This document shows positions 8,840 through 18,443 of a stretch of 44,665 bases of DNA, one piece after another. This DNA comes from a plasmid. Below the pieces are notes generated by a model that saw only the letters and a program-made list of their open reading frames with translations, had not been told where the DNA came from and ran no database searches. The position numbers were made by a program, and so were the translations under genes. Position 1 is the first letter of the stretch; every line of letters begins with the position of its first letter. The DNA is taken from the sequence record NZ_CP102715.1; one strand, given 5' to 3'.

Positions 8840-9175
8840 ATGAAGTTCAGCAAAGTAAAAGCGTTAGCAACAACTGGAGCTACTGCGATTTACTTGGGCC
8901 TGATGAATACTCAGGTTGTTTTGGCAGCGGACGGTGGTGAAGTTCAAAGCAAACTAACTCAAGCTGGTAAGACGATTCAAGGTATTTTAACTGGCTTGGT
9001 CGTTTTAGTTGGGATTTGTGTCGCACTATTTATTATTATCAAAAGAATGCCTGACGCAGACGATCCGCGAGAGAAATCCGAAGTTTATCACGCAGTTGGT
9101 CGGGTAGCTGGTTTAGTGGCCCTAGCGGCAGCGGTTATCTGGCTATTGCCTTGGGTCTACAGCCTATTCACTTAA
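8840..9175 (+). CDS. Small T4SS membrane protein (signal peptide plus 2 TM; TrsC/VirB2-like topology)
   Basis: Start MKFSKVKALATTGATAIYLGLMNTQVVLAADGG.. with AGGAGGAATAAC RBS. Two hydrophobic helices. Confidence 0.5.
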   Translation: MKFSKVKALATTGATAIYLGLMNTQVVLAADGGEVQSKLTQAGKTIQGILTGLVVLVGICVALFIIIKRMPDADDPREKSEVYHAVGRVAGLVALAAAVIWLLPWVYSLFT

Positions 9176-9195
9176 TTTAAAAAGGAGCTTGCCAA

Positions 9196-9558
9196 ATGAA
9201 GAAAGGGAAAGAATTTATCTTCCCAGAGAACGTAGATAAAGATTACGGGATTTGGAAAGACTACACCTTGAAGGATTTTGGCTATGCGGCACTGGCAGGA
9301 CTAGTGGGCTTAATTTTTATTGCGATTCCACCCTATGGTCTGATTTTAGTCCTGATAAAAATAGTGATTGTTGTCTTAGCCATGACGATTGTCATGGCTA
9401 TTTTAACAATTAGGCCAGTTGCGGCGCGGAAGAACATTAAGGTGCGGGATAACTTTAAGTTGAAACGCCGTTATGCCAATAGTCAGAAATTGTTTTACTT
9501 AAAACCGAAGAAGCGAGGTGAACTAAATGCGTTTGAAGAAGAGCAAAACCGCCAATAA
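9196..9558 (+). CDS. VirB3-like small membrane protein (TrsD-like)
   Basis: 120 aa, two adjacent TM helices, positioned directly upstream of VirB4. AAAGGAG RBS. Confidence 0.5.
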   Translation: MKKGKEFIFPENVDKDYGIWKDYTLKDFGYAALAGLVGLIFIAIPPYGLILVLIKIVIVVLAMTIVMAILTIRPVAARKNIKVRDNFKLKRRYANSQKLFYLKPKKRGELNAFEEEQNRQ

Positions 9559-10186
9559 ATCAGTGAAGCTCGATTGGGATTACCAACCGCCTAAAATCAA
9601 TGGTGGCAAAGAAACCATTGATGACATGAGCTTGGTAGTGGGTATGTATGGTAATTACGAAGTTACCAAAACGGGTAATCTCGTTGGCATTTTGGAAGTT
9701 AGCGGGATCAACCTTGATCTACTTAATGAAACCGAACAACAGGACGTCTTTGAGGACTATGGCGCGTTTCTCATGAGTACCTTAGGTGAAGGCGTTGATG
9801 ACACGTTACAGTTCTTAGAACCGACGATTCCTGTCAATATGACGACTTATCTCAATGGTCTCAAACGGCGGTATCTCGCCTTACAAAAAGACCACCCGGA
9901 GCAACAGTTCAAAATCCAACTCATAGCCAGTTACTTGGATCATTTTACTAAAGTCCAAGAATCCAAAAACATGACGACTAAACAACATCTGCTAATCGTT
10001 AAAGTGCCAATTAAGGACAAAAGCGTTAAAAGCTTAAACTTAGCGGTCGCTCATTTAGACGAAAAGATCGAACAGGTTAAACGGGATATTGAAAATGCGT
10101 TAACAGACTTTGATGTGACGGCCAAAATTTTGACTAGTCAGGAAGTCCAAGAAATTTTAAAGAACTTAATTAATTTTAATGGATAG
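9527..10186 (+). CDS. VirB4 N-terminal domain encoded as a separate ORF
   Basis: VGMYGNYEVTKTGNLVGILEVSGINLDLLNETEQQDVFEDYGAFL resembles the CagE/TrbE/VirB4 N-terminal region. It stops 11 nt before the ATPase ORF and is in a different frame. Confidence 0.55.
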   Translation: MRLKKSKTANKSVKLDWDYQPPKINGGKETIDDMSLVVGMYGNYEVTKTGNLVGILEVSGINLDLLNETEQQDVFEDYGAFLMSTLGEGVDDTLQFLEPTIPVNMTTYLNGLKRRYLALQKDHPEQQFKIQLIASYLDHFTKVQESKNMTTKQHLLIVKVPIKDKSVKSLNLAVAHLDEKIEQVKRDIENALTDFDVTAKILTSQEVQEILKNLINFNG

Positions 10187-10197
10187 GGGGAAATAGT

Positions 10198-12216
10198 ATG
10201 GGTTTTGGTGATAAGATCATTGATTTGTTTATGCCAACTAAAAAAGAAAGACAGCCAAGTAATCATGAACTAGCGGTTAGCGAGCCCAAACCGGAGATTG
10301 AGGATTTTACCAAGTTGATTGATCGCGACAGCTTGCATTCACTATTTCCGTTTAGCTGGGAACAGTACCCTACCTATGTCCAGTCGGGCGAGAATTTTAT
10401 TCGAGTGTTAGCGATCGCTGACTATCCCAAGCGGGTGTATGGCAACTGGCTATCAGAGCTAAAGCGCAAAAAAGGCGTTATCGATATTGTGCAATATATC
10501 GACAGCGCCAGTAACAATTCAATGATTACCTATTACAAGAAGACGATTCAAAATAAGGAAGCACAGAAGCTCAATACGTTCGACCCGTATAAAAAGAAGA
10601 TTCTGCAAAATTATATTGATTCAGCCAACATGCAACTAGATAAATACCTTGATAATTCTACCACATTTGTGTACCAACATATGCTCATTTATCTGCGGGC
10701 CAACAGTTTAGTAGAACTAGACGACTTAACCGAAAACGTTAAGAATACGTTGATTAAGCTACAGATGAAACCGCTAGTACCCGTTAAAGCAACCTTTCAA
10801 GCATTTTGGTCAACCATGCCAATTAACGAGAACCTCATGGGGGATTACACGTACAAAGAAAGTAATACCGAAGTTGCCAGCAGCATGTTTCCCTTTGACG
10901 ACGCGGAAATTTTGGACTTGAAGCCGAGAAGCGATATTGAAGGGGTTAACAAAGATACTAACAGCTTAATTGCCGTGGATATGTTGGATCGCAACAAGAC
11001 CCTGAACCAGAATATGGTTGTTATTGGTACTTCCGGTGTGGGTAAAACAACCTACATGATCCAGAAGATTCTAAGATATGCCATTCAAGACTATCAGCTC
11101 TACATTATTGATCCAGAAAATGAATATACCAAAATTGTCGAAGCTTTAGGTGGCGCAGTCTTGCACTTAACTTCTAATGCGAAGTACAAAATTAACCCGC
11201 TACAAATTTTTTCTGAAGAAATCCTAAGCGCTGATGAAGCGGTCATGAATCTTGATTTACTAGTTAAAGATAAAATTCAGCGATTAAAAGGGTTCTTTGA
11301 AGTCCTTAAAACCGGGATTACCCAAGTTGAGCTGGCAATTCTTGATGATGTGGTTAAACAGGCCTACGTCAACAGTGGTGTTTTGAAATACAGCCGCTTA
11401 AAAGAGATTAAAGACGATCAGTGGCCGACCCTATCCAACGTTTATGACGAATTGGAAAAACTAGCTGACAAGGACGCCGACAAATTCAGTCGGGTTAAAG
11501 ACTTCTACTATATCTTAGGCAGCTATACCCATGGTTCTAACAGCCTGTTTGACGGGCACACCAACGTCAACCTAAAAGGAAAGATCATTTCTTTTGATCT
11601 AAAACCCCTACAAAGTGAACAGGAAGTCCAATCAGCGGCTTATCTGAATACCTTCCAGTATTTGTGGGACGAAATCACCAAGGATCGGCATAGCCGCAAG
11701 AAATTGTTTGTCGATGAATTTCACTTTTTGACCTTGCACAAAGCAGCCGCCACCTTTTTCCACCAGGCCTACAAGCGGTTTAGAAAGTATAATGCTGGGG
11801 CGATTGCCGGAACACAGCAAATTCAAGATGTGATCGAAGGAACAACTGATACCGGTCAAAATATAGGTGAAGCCATTATTGGGAACTCCTATACCAAAGT
11901 GTTCTTTGGTCTTGACGGTAAAGGTGTCGATGATGTCATTACGAAACTACGCATGACGTTCTCGGATAAAGAAAAGAAGCTACTAGAACGTCGTAGACAA
12001 GGTGAAGCCCTGATGATCTATGGTAGCCAACGCGCCTTTATGCGTGTCGAGTTGACCGAAGAAGAACTACGGCTAATTGACCCAGAAGCTTACCAAGAAA
12101 AATACAACCGTGAGACAGCCGGGCAACCGGACTATCAAAAGCGCGTGGTCTTAACTCCCAGTGAAATTGACGCCTTGACCACCACCGAGGAGGAAGGAGG
12201 GGCTTTAAATGAGTAA
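10198..12216 (+). CDS. VirB4-family T4SS ATPase (TrsE/TraE-like), middle and C-terminal domains
   Basis: Walker A VIGTSGVGKTT, Walker B LFVDEFH. Length 672 aa. Own RBS TAGGGGGA. Confidence 0.85.
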   Translation: MGFGDKIIDLFMPTKKERQPSNHELAVSEPKPEIEDFTKLIDRDSLHSLFPFSWEQYPTYVQSGENFIRVLAIADYPKRVYGNWLSELKRKKGVIDIVQYIDSASNNSMITYYKKTIQNKEAQKLNTFDPYKKKILQNYIDSANMQLDKYLDNSTTFVYQHMLIYLRANSLVELDDLTENVKNTLIKLQMKPLVPVKATFQAFWSTMPINENLMGDYTYKESNTEVASSMFPFDDAEILDLKPRSDIEGVNKDTNSLIAVDMLDRNKTLNQNMVVIGTSGVGKTTYMIQKILRYAIQDYQLYIIDPENEYTKIVEALGGAVLHLTSNAKYKINPLQIFSEEILSADEAVMNLDLLVKDKIQRLKGFFEVLKTGITQVELAILDDVVKQAYVNSGVLKYSRLKEIKDDQWPTLSNVYDELEKLADKDADKFSRVKDFYYILGSYTHGSNSLFDGHTNVNLKGKIISFDLKPLQSEQEVQSAAYLNTFQYLWDEITKDRHSRKKLFVDEFHFLTLHKAAATFFHQAYKRFRKYNAGAIAGTQQIQDVIEGTTDTGQNIGEAIIGNSYTKVFFGLDGKGVDDVITKLRMTFSDKEKKLLERRRQGEALMIYGSQRAFMRVELTEEELRLIDPEAYQEKYNRETAGQPDYQKRVVLTPSEIDALTTTEEEGGALNE

Positions 12217-13627
12217 ACTAAACCAGCTATTAAATATCGAGGTCGGCACGTTCAAGCGACAGGGGAACAAGTTAATTCTCGAACTCAATCACAATCAGTT
12301 TCGATACGACCAGTTGAGTGAGCTAAACGAATTAAAACAAGCTGATTCCAAGTTCTTGCAGTTGGTTAACGTGGTTGAGCAAGACCAGAAGGTCGTTCTA
12401 ACTTATACCTTGCCGGATAAGGTCAGATCATTAAAGGACTTGCCACATGAAAATAAGGCGATCCGGGCAGCCATTGCGAAAGAAATTATGGCGCAAAATG
12501 TGGTTAACGATAGCCAGTATCACATTGCGTTGAACCCTGCCAACCTATGGTATTACCCCATGCAGCATGTTTGGTACGCTTACCGGGCCAATGAACTTAT
12601 GCCTTATGATGACAAACATAGCAATTTAGCTAAATACAAAGCGCTGATTCTATTTTGTTTGACGGGGACGCCCTATGAACGGCTACTAAGCAATCCTCAA
12701 GAAGCCCTAGCTAAACACCCTGATGACTATTTACAACAAGTAGCTAAAGCCGCGTCGTTAAATGAGTTAACGGAAGTGGTTAACGGCATTGAGGACTTCG
12801 TGAGCTATCACGAATGGCAGGAAGTTGAAACCGCCCAACAGAAAACCAAACAACGATTATGGTTGAGCGTGGCCGTGGTGGTGGTTATGGCCGTTTTGGC
12901 TGTCGGCTTAGTTCATAAAAGTGACGAACGGCAATATCAAAGCTTAGCTAACCAGAACCAAGCCCAAGTTACTCGTTTAAAGTACAATAACCAAATTCAG
13001 ACAGCTTTAAACAATCACCAATGGTCGAAAGCAAAAAAGACCATGCAGAAAGCTGGTTATAGCAAAAACAGTCAAGTTCAAACATTCTTAAAACATAAAC
13101 AGTATCAGCAAGCCTTAAACGTTGACCCAGGTCAGTTGAACAAGGTTGTTAATGCGGCTTATGCCAAAAAAGATAGCGGTCAAGTGGCCGATTGGCAGTT
13201 ACCCACTAAGGCGACAAGTAAGCAAAAAGACCAATTGAAACTCGAAAAAGCGATTGTTAACTATAACACCAATACGCTCAATAACCAATTATCCTTTACG
13301 ACGAACGCTGATGTTTTATTGAGAATGGGACAAGCCTTCCTCGCCCATAACGATACGCAAGACGCCCAGATCGTCCAAACCAAGTTAGCCGGCGTGAACA
13401 GTCCTAAAGCTAAGTACCTCAAAGCGCTATTAAGTCTCAACTCTGCTAAGAAAGAAGTTAGCGACGCCCAAAAGAAGTTAGATGACGCCAACAAAATTGA
13501 TGATAGTAAAGATAAGGATAAAGACAAGAAGGTGGATTCAGCCAAGTCTGATTTAACGAATGCCCAAAACGATCAGCAGGCGGCCCAAAAAAAGGTCGAT
13601 CAGGCCAAGCACAAAGTGGGTGATTAA
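12209..13627 (+). CDS. T4SS membrane protein with central TM and C-terminal coiled-coil/KD-rich tail (TrsF-like)
   Basis: 472 aa. Single TM LWLSVAVVVVMAVLAVGLV. GGAGG RBS. Position matches TrsF/TraF. Confidence 0.45.
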   Translation: MSKLNQLLNIEVGTFKRQGNKLILELNHNQFRYDQLSELNELKQADSKFLQLVNVVEQDQKVVLTYTLPDKVRSLKDLPHENKAIRAAIAKEIMAQNVVNDSQYHIALNPANLWYYPMQHVWYAYRANELMPYDDKHSNLAKYKALILFCLTGTPYERLLSNPQEALAKHPDDYLQQVAKAASLNELTEVVNGIEDFVSYHEWQEVETAQQKTKQRLWLSVAVVVVMAVLAVGLVHKSDERQYQSLANQNQAQVTRLKYNNQIQTALNNHQWSKAKKTMQKAGYSKNSQVQTFLKHKQYQQALNVDPGQLNKVVNAAYAKKDSGQVADWQLPTKATSKQKDQLKLEKAIVNYNTNTLNNQLSFTTNADVLLRMGQAFLAHNDTQDAQIVQTKLAGVNSPKAKYLKALLSLNSAKKEVSDAQKKLDDANKIDDSKDKDKDKKVDSAKSDLTNAQNDQQAAQKKVDQAKHKVGD

Positions 13628-14782
13628 ATGCAGGTATTGTCATTTGAATATAAGAAAAAGAAGTGGAAATTGATTGCTTATATTGTGGGTGGCGCCCTTC
13701 TGCTAATCATCTTGTTAATCGCCGCGCTTACTGGTCAATTGCAAGAAAACAGTTGTGATAACTCAACCACCACAGAGACGCAATTAGATAGTAAGAGCAT
13801 GACAGAAAATGCCAAAAATATCTATGCGCACTGGAAACAAAAATATGGTGCGACCCCACAAGCGGCCGCCGGTATCTTGGGGGTCTTACAACTGGAAAGT
13901 CGGCTTGATCCCAAGTCCGTTAATTCAAGTTCCGGGGCCACGGGATTAGCCCAGTGGTTAGGAGGTCGAAAGGATAAGCTGGAAGACTTAGCCCACAAAG
14001 AAAACAAACCAGCGACGAACCTTGGCGTGCAGTTGGACTATCTCGATCAAGAATTGAACAGTAGTTACTATGCGTCAAACAAGCAGATATTTAAATATAC
14101 AGATGTGCATAAAGCGACCAAAGAATGGTTAATGGATTATGAGGGTATGAGTAAGAACCCGGAACAGTGGTATTTAAGCCAAAGATACGGTTATGCCGAT
14201 CATTGGTATTCCGTGTTGGGTGCAAGTGATCCCGTGGCCGGTAATACGTTAGATAATGCAAGTTCCGGCGATCTGACCGAGTTAGGTTGTGATAGTGACC
14301 CGAGCTATTCCGGTGGCAGCATTGTTAAAAACGCGGAAAGTATGAAGGGCGACTTCTATTATGTTCAAACCCACCCTAGCCCCGATTTAGGTAGCGATTT
14401 AAAGAATCCTAACAAAACCGGTGGGACAGATTGTTCAGGCTTTGTCTGGTTAGCCTTGAATAAGGCTGGTTACAAGGTACCGGCCAACATGGGCTGGTTT
14501 ACCGGATCAATGGCCAGTGACGCCAAAGGCAGCCATCAATATCTGAAACAGATCAGTGAAAATGACGCAAAGGCCGGCGATATTGTCATCGTCAATCAAG
14601 GTGCGGGAGCCGGAAACAACGGTCACACTGCCATTCTGCTAGATAAATGGCAAGGTAAAGCCACTAAGATCATTGAACAAGGTGGCGTCGGTGATAAGGT
14701 TAACGAAAGCACTTTTGGCACCGCCTTTTATAGCTTACTAAGTGGTAGCGATGTAACGTTAGCCCGGCCAATCAAGAAGTAA
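13628..14782 (+). CDS. VirB1-like peptidoglycan hydrolase (lytic transglycosylase plus CHAP domain; TrsG/TraG-like)
   Basis: N-terminal TM. Lysozyme-like region YAHWKQKYGATPQAAAGILGVLQLESRLDP..GATGLAQW. C-terminal CHAP motif with Cys (GGTDCSGFVW) and His (NNGHTAILL). Confidence 0.8.
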   Translation: MQVLSFEYKKKKWKLIAYIVGGALLLIILLIAALTGQLQENSCDNSTTTETQLDSKSMTENAKNIYAHWKQKYGATPQAAAGILGVLQLESRLDPKSVNSSSGATGLAQWLGGRKDKLEDLAHKENKPATNLGVQLDYLDQELNSSYYASNKQIFKYTDVHKATKEWLMDYEGMSKNPEQWYLSQRYGYADHWYSVLGASDPVAGNTLDNASSGDLTELGCDSDPSYSGGSIVKNAESMKGDFYYVQTHPSPDLGSDLKNPNKTGGTDCSGFVWLALNKAGYKVPANMGWFTGSMASDAKGSHQYLKQISENDAKAGDIVIVNQGAGAGNNGHTAILLDKWQGKATKIIEQGGVGDKVNESTFGTAFYSLLSGSDVTLARPIKK

Positions 14783-14796
14783 GGAGGAACCAGCAA

Positions 14797-15414
14797 ATGA
14801 AGCGTAGCGTGGTTTTAAGTATTGCGATTGGTAGTTTGATCTTAATCATGTCATTAGGGGCGAATGCCTATCAACATAGCCAAGTTAAACAGGCACAACA
14901 GCAGATCAGTCGCTTACAACAGCAGAAGCGACAAGTTAACCAGCAATTGACTAAAGCCAACCAACAAAAGCAGTTATTGAGCACCCAAATTGACAGTTAT
15001 AAGACCTACCAAAATAATAAAGATAAAAGTCCGGCTGAAATTAGCTTCAATACAGTGGTCACAAAGTTCTTTAAGGTCATGAATAACTTTAAGCCCAAGA
15101 CCTACGGCCAGCGTAAAGATGGCGTGAAAGACTTGATTTCCGACAAGCTATATCAGCAATACTTTTCAAATAAGGGCACGTATGGTGACAGCAATAGTGT
15201 TTCAGCCAAATTAGATCAGCTGAACCTGTATACACAAAGTAAGCAGGGCCCAAATATGAAGGGCTTGGCCGTTGTCAGTTACGAAAGTAAGAGTGGCGAC
15301 AACGACTGGCAAAAGGCGACGGTACTTTATCAGGTGACCTTCGATACCACCACGGATCGAATCACCGCAGTCCAAAATTTAGGTAGTAGCTTTAAAGCCA
15401 GTGACCTTAATTAA
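14797..15414 (+). CDS. Secreted/membrane-anchored T4SS protein (TrsH-like, coiled-coil plus NTF2-like C-domain; possibly VirB8-like)
   Basis: N-terminal TM/signal, Q-rich coiled coil. GGAGG RBS. Confidence 0.4.
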   Translation: MKRSVVLSIAIGSLILIMSLGANAYQHSQVKQAQQQISRLQQQKRQVNQQLTKANQQKQLLSTQIDSYKTYQNNKDKSPAEISFNTVVTKFFKVMNNFKPKTYGQRKDGVKDLISDKLYQQYFSNKGTYGDSNSVSAKLDQLNLYTQSKQGPNMKGLAVVSYESKSGDNDWQKATVLYQVTFDTTTDRITAVQNLGSSFKASDLN

Positions 15415-15769
15415 GCGGGTTGGTAAGGCCCTAGCGGTAATCGTGGTGGTTTTAGCCGTTAGCGGGTTTGCTGGTCATCAATACGTCAATCACGTGGAAA
15501 AACAGCGGCCAGTTGTGACGCTGGCTAAGCACCCTGAAAAAGTGTTGTTCTTCTATCGTGATGATTGCCCGGACTGCCAAGCTATTTTTCACCGAATCTA
15601 TTGGCACAACGTCATTAGCCATAACGTTGTTTTTATTAACATGAATCAATCGCAGAATCGGCACTACATTCAGCAATATCAATTAACGTCAGTCCCAACC
15701 TTGATCCATGGCAAGCAACGGTACACCGGCACTAACCAAAAAAGGATTAAACAGATAGTAGGTGATTAG
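15401..15769 (+). CDS. Membrane-anchored thioredoxin-like CxxC protein (thiol:disulfide oxidoreductase)
   Basis: N-terminal TM then FFYRDDCPDCQAIF, a CPDC active-site motif in thioredoxin-fold context. Confidence 0.55.
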   Translation: MTLIKRVGKALAVIVVVLAVSGFAGHQYVNHVEKQRPVVTLAKHPEKVLFFYRDDCPDCQAIFHRIYWHNVISHNVVFINMNQSQNRHYIQQYQLTSVPTLIHGKQRYTGTNQKRIKQIVGD

Positions 15770-16240
15770 ATGAAAGACAAATTATTAAACAGCATTAAAG
15801 CTAGTTGGCCGTATTTACTAACACTAATCATTGGCTTGTATTTAGCGGAGATTTTAGCTGGCGCTGTCATGGCCTTGTCCCGTTATAAGCTAACCTTTGC
15901 GGATCATATGCCAACCGTATTAAAACAATTAGCTTTACACCCTTGGCACTATTACAACTTGTATTTGGGCCAAAAGAACCCAGTACTAATTATTGTCAGT
16001 GTCGCCGTGGTCCTATACACCATCTATTTTGCCTTGAAACGAAATAGCAAACATAAATCGTGGGAAACTGCGGACACTGAAACCCACGGAAGTGCGACCT
16101 GGGGCAATCTAAAAGAATTGAGCGACCATTACTTTAGTATCACTGCTAAAGACCTCACCACAGCGTTTAACAGGAGCACTACAACAGAAATATTAGAGGC
16201 ATTAACAAAACAAGAAACACAATCCAAGACAGACAAGTGA
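15770..16240 (+). CDS. N-terminal membrane domain of the type IV coupling protein, encoded separately
   Basis: Two TM helices followed by ETHGSATWGNLKEL, the HGSArW motif that follows the TM region in VirD4/TraG-family T4CPs. Confidence 0.5.
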   Translation: MKDKLLNSIKASWPYLLTLIIGLYLAEILAGAVMALSRYKLTFADHMPTVLKQLALHPWHYYNLYLGQKNPVLIIVSVAVVLYTIYFALKRNSKHKSWETADTETHGSATWGNLKELSDHYFSITAKDLTTAFNRSTTTEILEALTKQETQSKTDK

Positions 16241-16255
16241 AAGGAAGTAAGAAGC

Positions 16256-16426
16256 ATGAACAGACCAGATTTATTAGTACGAATAGTTACGATCATCACG
16301 TCGTTAATTGCGATAGTTTTGTTTCTATTTCAGGGTTGGAACACACCTACTTTTGTATTTACAGTTATCACAGTCATTTTATCTTTCATTTATCAGTTAA
16401 TCAGAATACAGATGAAAAAGAAGTAA
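16256..16426 (+). CDS. Small (56-aa) two-TM hydrophobic peptide in the gap between the T4CP halves
   Basis: ATG 16256 with AAGGAAG RBS. Peptide MNRPDLLVRIVTIITSLIAIVLFLFQGWNTPTFVFTVITVILSFIYQLIRIQMKKK. Not in the track (<60 aa). Confidence 0.3.
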   Translation: MNRPDLLVRIVTIITSLIAIVLFLFQGWNTPTFVFTVITVILSFIYQLIRIQMKKK

Positions 16427-16469
16427 ATCAGAAAAGTCATCTAAAGCTAACCACATTGGAGGTAAACGC

Positions 16470-18020
16470 ATGAATGGGACAATTTTAGGGATCGTGGATA
16501 AACGGATTGTTTACCAGAATAATAGCACCAAACCAAATCGGAATATCTTTGTGGTTGGGGGCCCAGGATCGTATAAGACCCAATCAGTCGTGATTACCAA
16601 CCTGTTTAATGAAACGGAGAACAGTATTGTCGTAACCGACCCGAAAGGTGAATTATACGAAAAGACGGCCGGTATCAAACTAGCCCAGGGTTATCAAGTG
16701 CATGTCGTCAACTTTGCCAACATGGCGCATAGTGATCGCTACAATCCTTTTGATTATATTCAACGGGATATTCAAGCTGAAACCGTGGCAACAAAGATCG
16801 TGCAAAGTGAAAATGCCGAAGGTAAAAAAGACGTGTGGTTCAGTACCCAACGCCAACTTTTGAAGGCACTAATCCTGTTTGTCATGAACCACCGGTCACC
16901 AGAACAACGAAATTTGGCGGGTGTGACCCAAGTGTTGCAAGAAAACGATGTGGAAGCCGAGGAAAAGGGTGCGGATAGTCCGCTAGATACCTTGTTTCTT
17001 GATCTAACTATGACTGATCCAGCAAGACGCGCTTATGAGTTAGGGTTCAAAAAGTCCAAGGGGGAAATGAAAGCCAGCATTATTGAAAGCCTGTTGGCGA
17101 CCATTTCGAAGTTCGTCGATCAAGAAGTGGCTGATTTTACCAGCTTTTCAGACTTTGATTTAAAAGATATTGGCAAAGCCAAAGTTGTGCTATATGTGAT
17201 TATTCCGGTGATGGATAATACCTACGAAAGCTTCATCAATCTGTTTTTCTCACAATTATTTGATGAATTATACAAATTAGCCGCCGATCATCACGCTAAA
17301 TTGCCCCACCAAGTCGACTTTATCCTTGATGAATTTGTCAATTTAGGGAAGTTTCCCAAGTACGAAGAATTTCTAGCAACGTGCCGGGGGTACGGTATTG
17401 GCGTGACGACCATTTGTCAGACCTTAACCCAGCTACAAGCCTTGTATGGCAAGGAAAAGGCTGAGAGTATCTTAGGTAATCATGCGGTTAAAATTTGCTT
17501 GAATGCCGCTAATGATGTGACCGCTAAATACTTTAGTGATCTGTTAGGAAAATCAACCGTGAAAGTGGAAACTGGTAGTGAGAGTACCAGTCATAGCAAG
17601 GAAGAAAGCCATAGTAAGAGCGATAGTTACAGCTATACGAGCCGTTCGCTGATGACACCTGATGAAATCATGCGTATGCCTGAAGATCAGAGCTTATTAA
17701 TCTTTAGTAATGCCCGACCAGTCAAAGCGATAAAAGCGTTCCAATTTAAACTATTTCCAGGAGCCGATCATTTGGTTAACTTGTCACAAAACGATTATCA
17801 AGGCCAACCAGAAGCCAGTCAAGAAACCAACTTTAAGAAAAAAGTAGAAAAATGGAAAGCAAAATTAAAGGAGACTGCTCAAAAAGAAGCCGCAAACGAG
17901 ATGTCTCAAACAGATGAGGAGCAACAACAGGACAACCTAGATAGCGACTTAGAGAGAGTTTCAAATAAAGATAGTCAAACAGAGGCGCCAGAAGAAGACG
18001 ACAACAACTTATTTGGATAA
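16470..18020 (+). CDS. VirD4/TraG-family type IV coupling protein, ATPase domain (TrsK-like)
   Basis: GTILGIVDK..NIFVVGGPGSYKTQSVV Walker A. Walker B VDFILDEFVNLG. GGAGG RBS. Confidence 0.85.
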   Translation: MNGTILGIVDKRIVYQNNSTKPNRNIFVVGGPGSYKTQSVVITNLFNETENSIVVTDPKGELYEKTAGIKLAQGYQVHVVNFANMAHSDRYNPFDYIQRDIQAETVATKIVQSENAEGKKDVWFSTQRQLLKALILFVMNHRSPEQRNLAGVTQVLQENDVEAEEKGADSPLDTLFLDLTMTDPARRAYELGFKKSKGEMKASIIESLLATISKFVDQEVADFTSFSDFDLKDIGKAKVVLYVIIPVMDNTYESFINLFFSQLFDELYKLAADHHAKLPHQVDFILDEFVNLGKFPKYEEFLATCRGYGIGVTTICQTLTQLQALYGKEKAESILGNHAVKICLNAANDVTAKYFSDLLGKSTVKVETGSESTSHSKEESHSKSDSYSYTSRSLMTPDEIMRMPEDQSLLIFSNARPVKAIKAFQFKLFPGADHLVNLSQNDYQGQPEASQETNFKKKVEKWKAKLKETAQKEAANEMSQTDEEQQQDNLDSDLERVSNKDSQTEAPEEDDNNLFG

Positions 18021-18424
18021 TGGAGGGCATATTAATGAAAAAATATCGCAAATATATAATCGCCGTGATGACAGTGTTACTGATTGCTGTTGGTCTAACC
18101 GCTTGTGGGAAGTCGACAGCACAAGATTTGCAAAGTCACCAGTGGACGTTTGCTTCTAGCAAAGATAATGGTATGGCCGCTACTGCAAAGTTTTCGAAAA
18201 GCAACTTAACACTTACCCAAGCGGGCTTTAGCGAAGTTTATACTTACAAGTTGATTGAAAACAAGGGCAATGAACAAATTAAGTTCATTGGTAAGAACAG
18301 TGTTTCAGGTGGTGCAGAAACACGACTATTTAAGATTAAAAAGCAGTCAGACAAATATAAACTAACACCAATTAACACACTAGCTAAAAGTGATACTGGT
18401 ACGGTCACACTCATTCCCAAATAG
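18020..18424 (+). CDS. Lipoprotein of the T4SS cluster
   Basis: Signal peptide with lipobox LTAC (MKKYRKYIIAVMTVLLIAVGLTACGKS). Confidence 0.6.
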   Translation: MEGILMKKYRKYIIAVMTVLLIAVGLTACGKSTAQDLQSHQWTFASSKDNGMAATAKFSKSNLTLTQAGFSEVYTYKLIENKGNEQIKFIGKNSVSGGAETRLFKIKKQSDKYKLTPINTLAKSDTGTVTLIPK

Positions 18425-18443
18425 ACGAAGGAGGGGGTTTAAA

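Noticed and set aside
16237-16473. 78-aa ORF between the T4CP halves
   Set aside because: No RBS and an odd composition. A different frame in the same DNA gives a well-formed RBS-primed 56-aa TM peptide instead.
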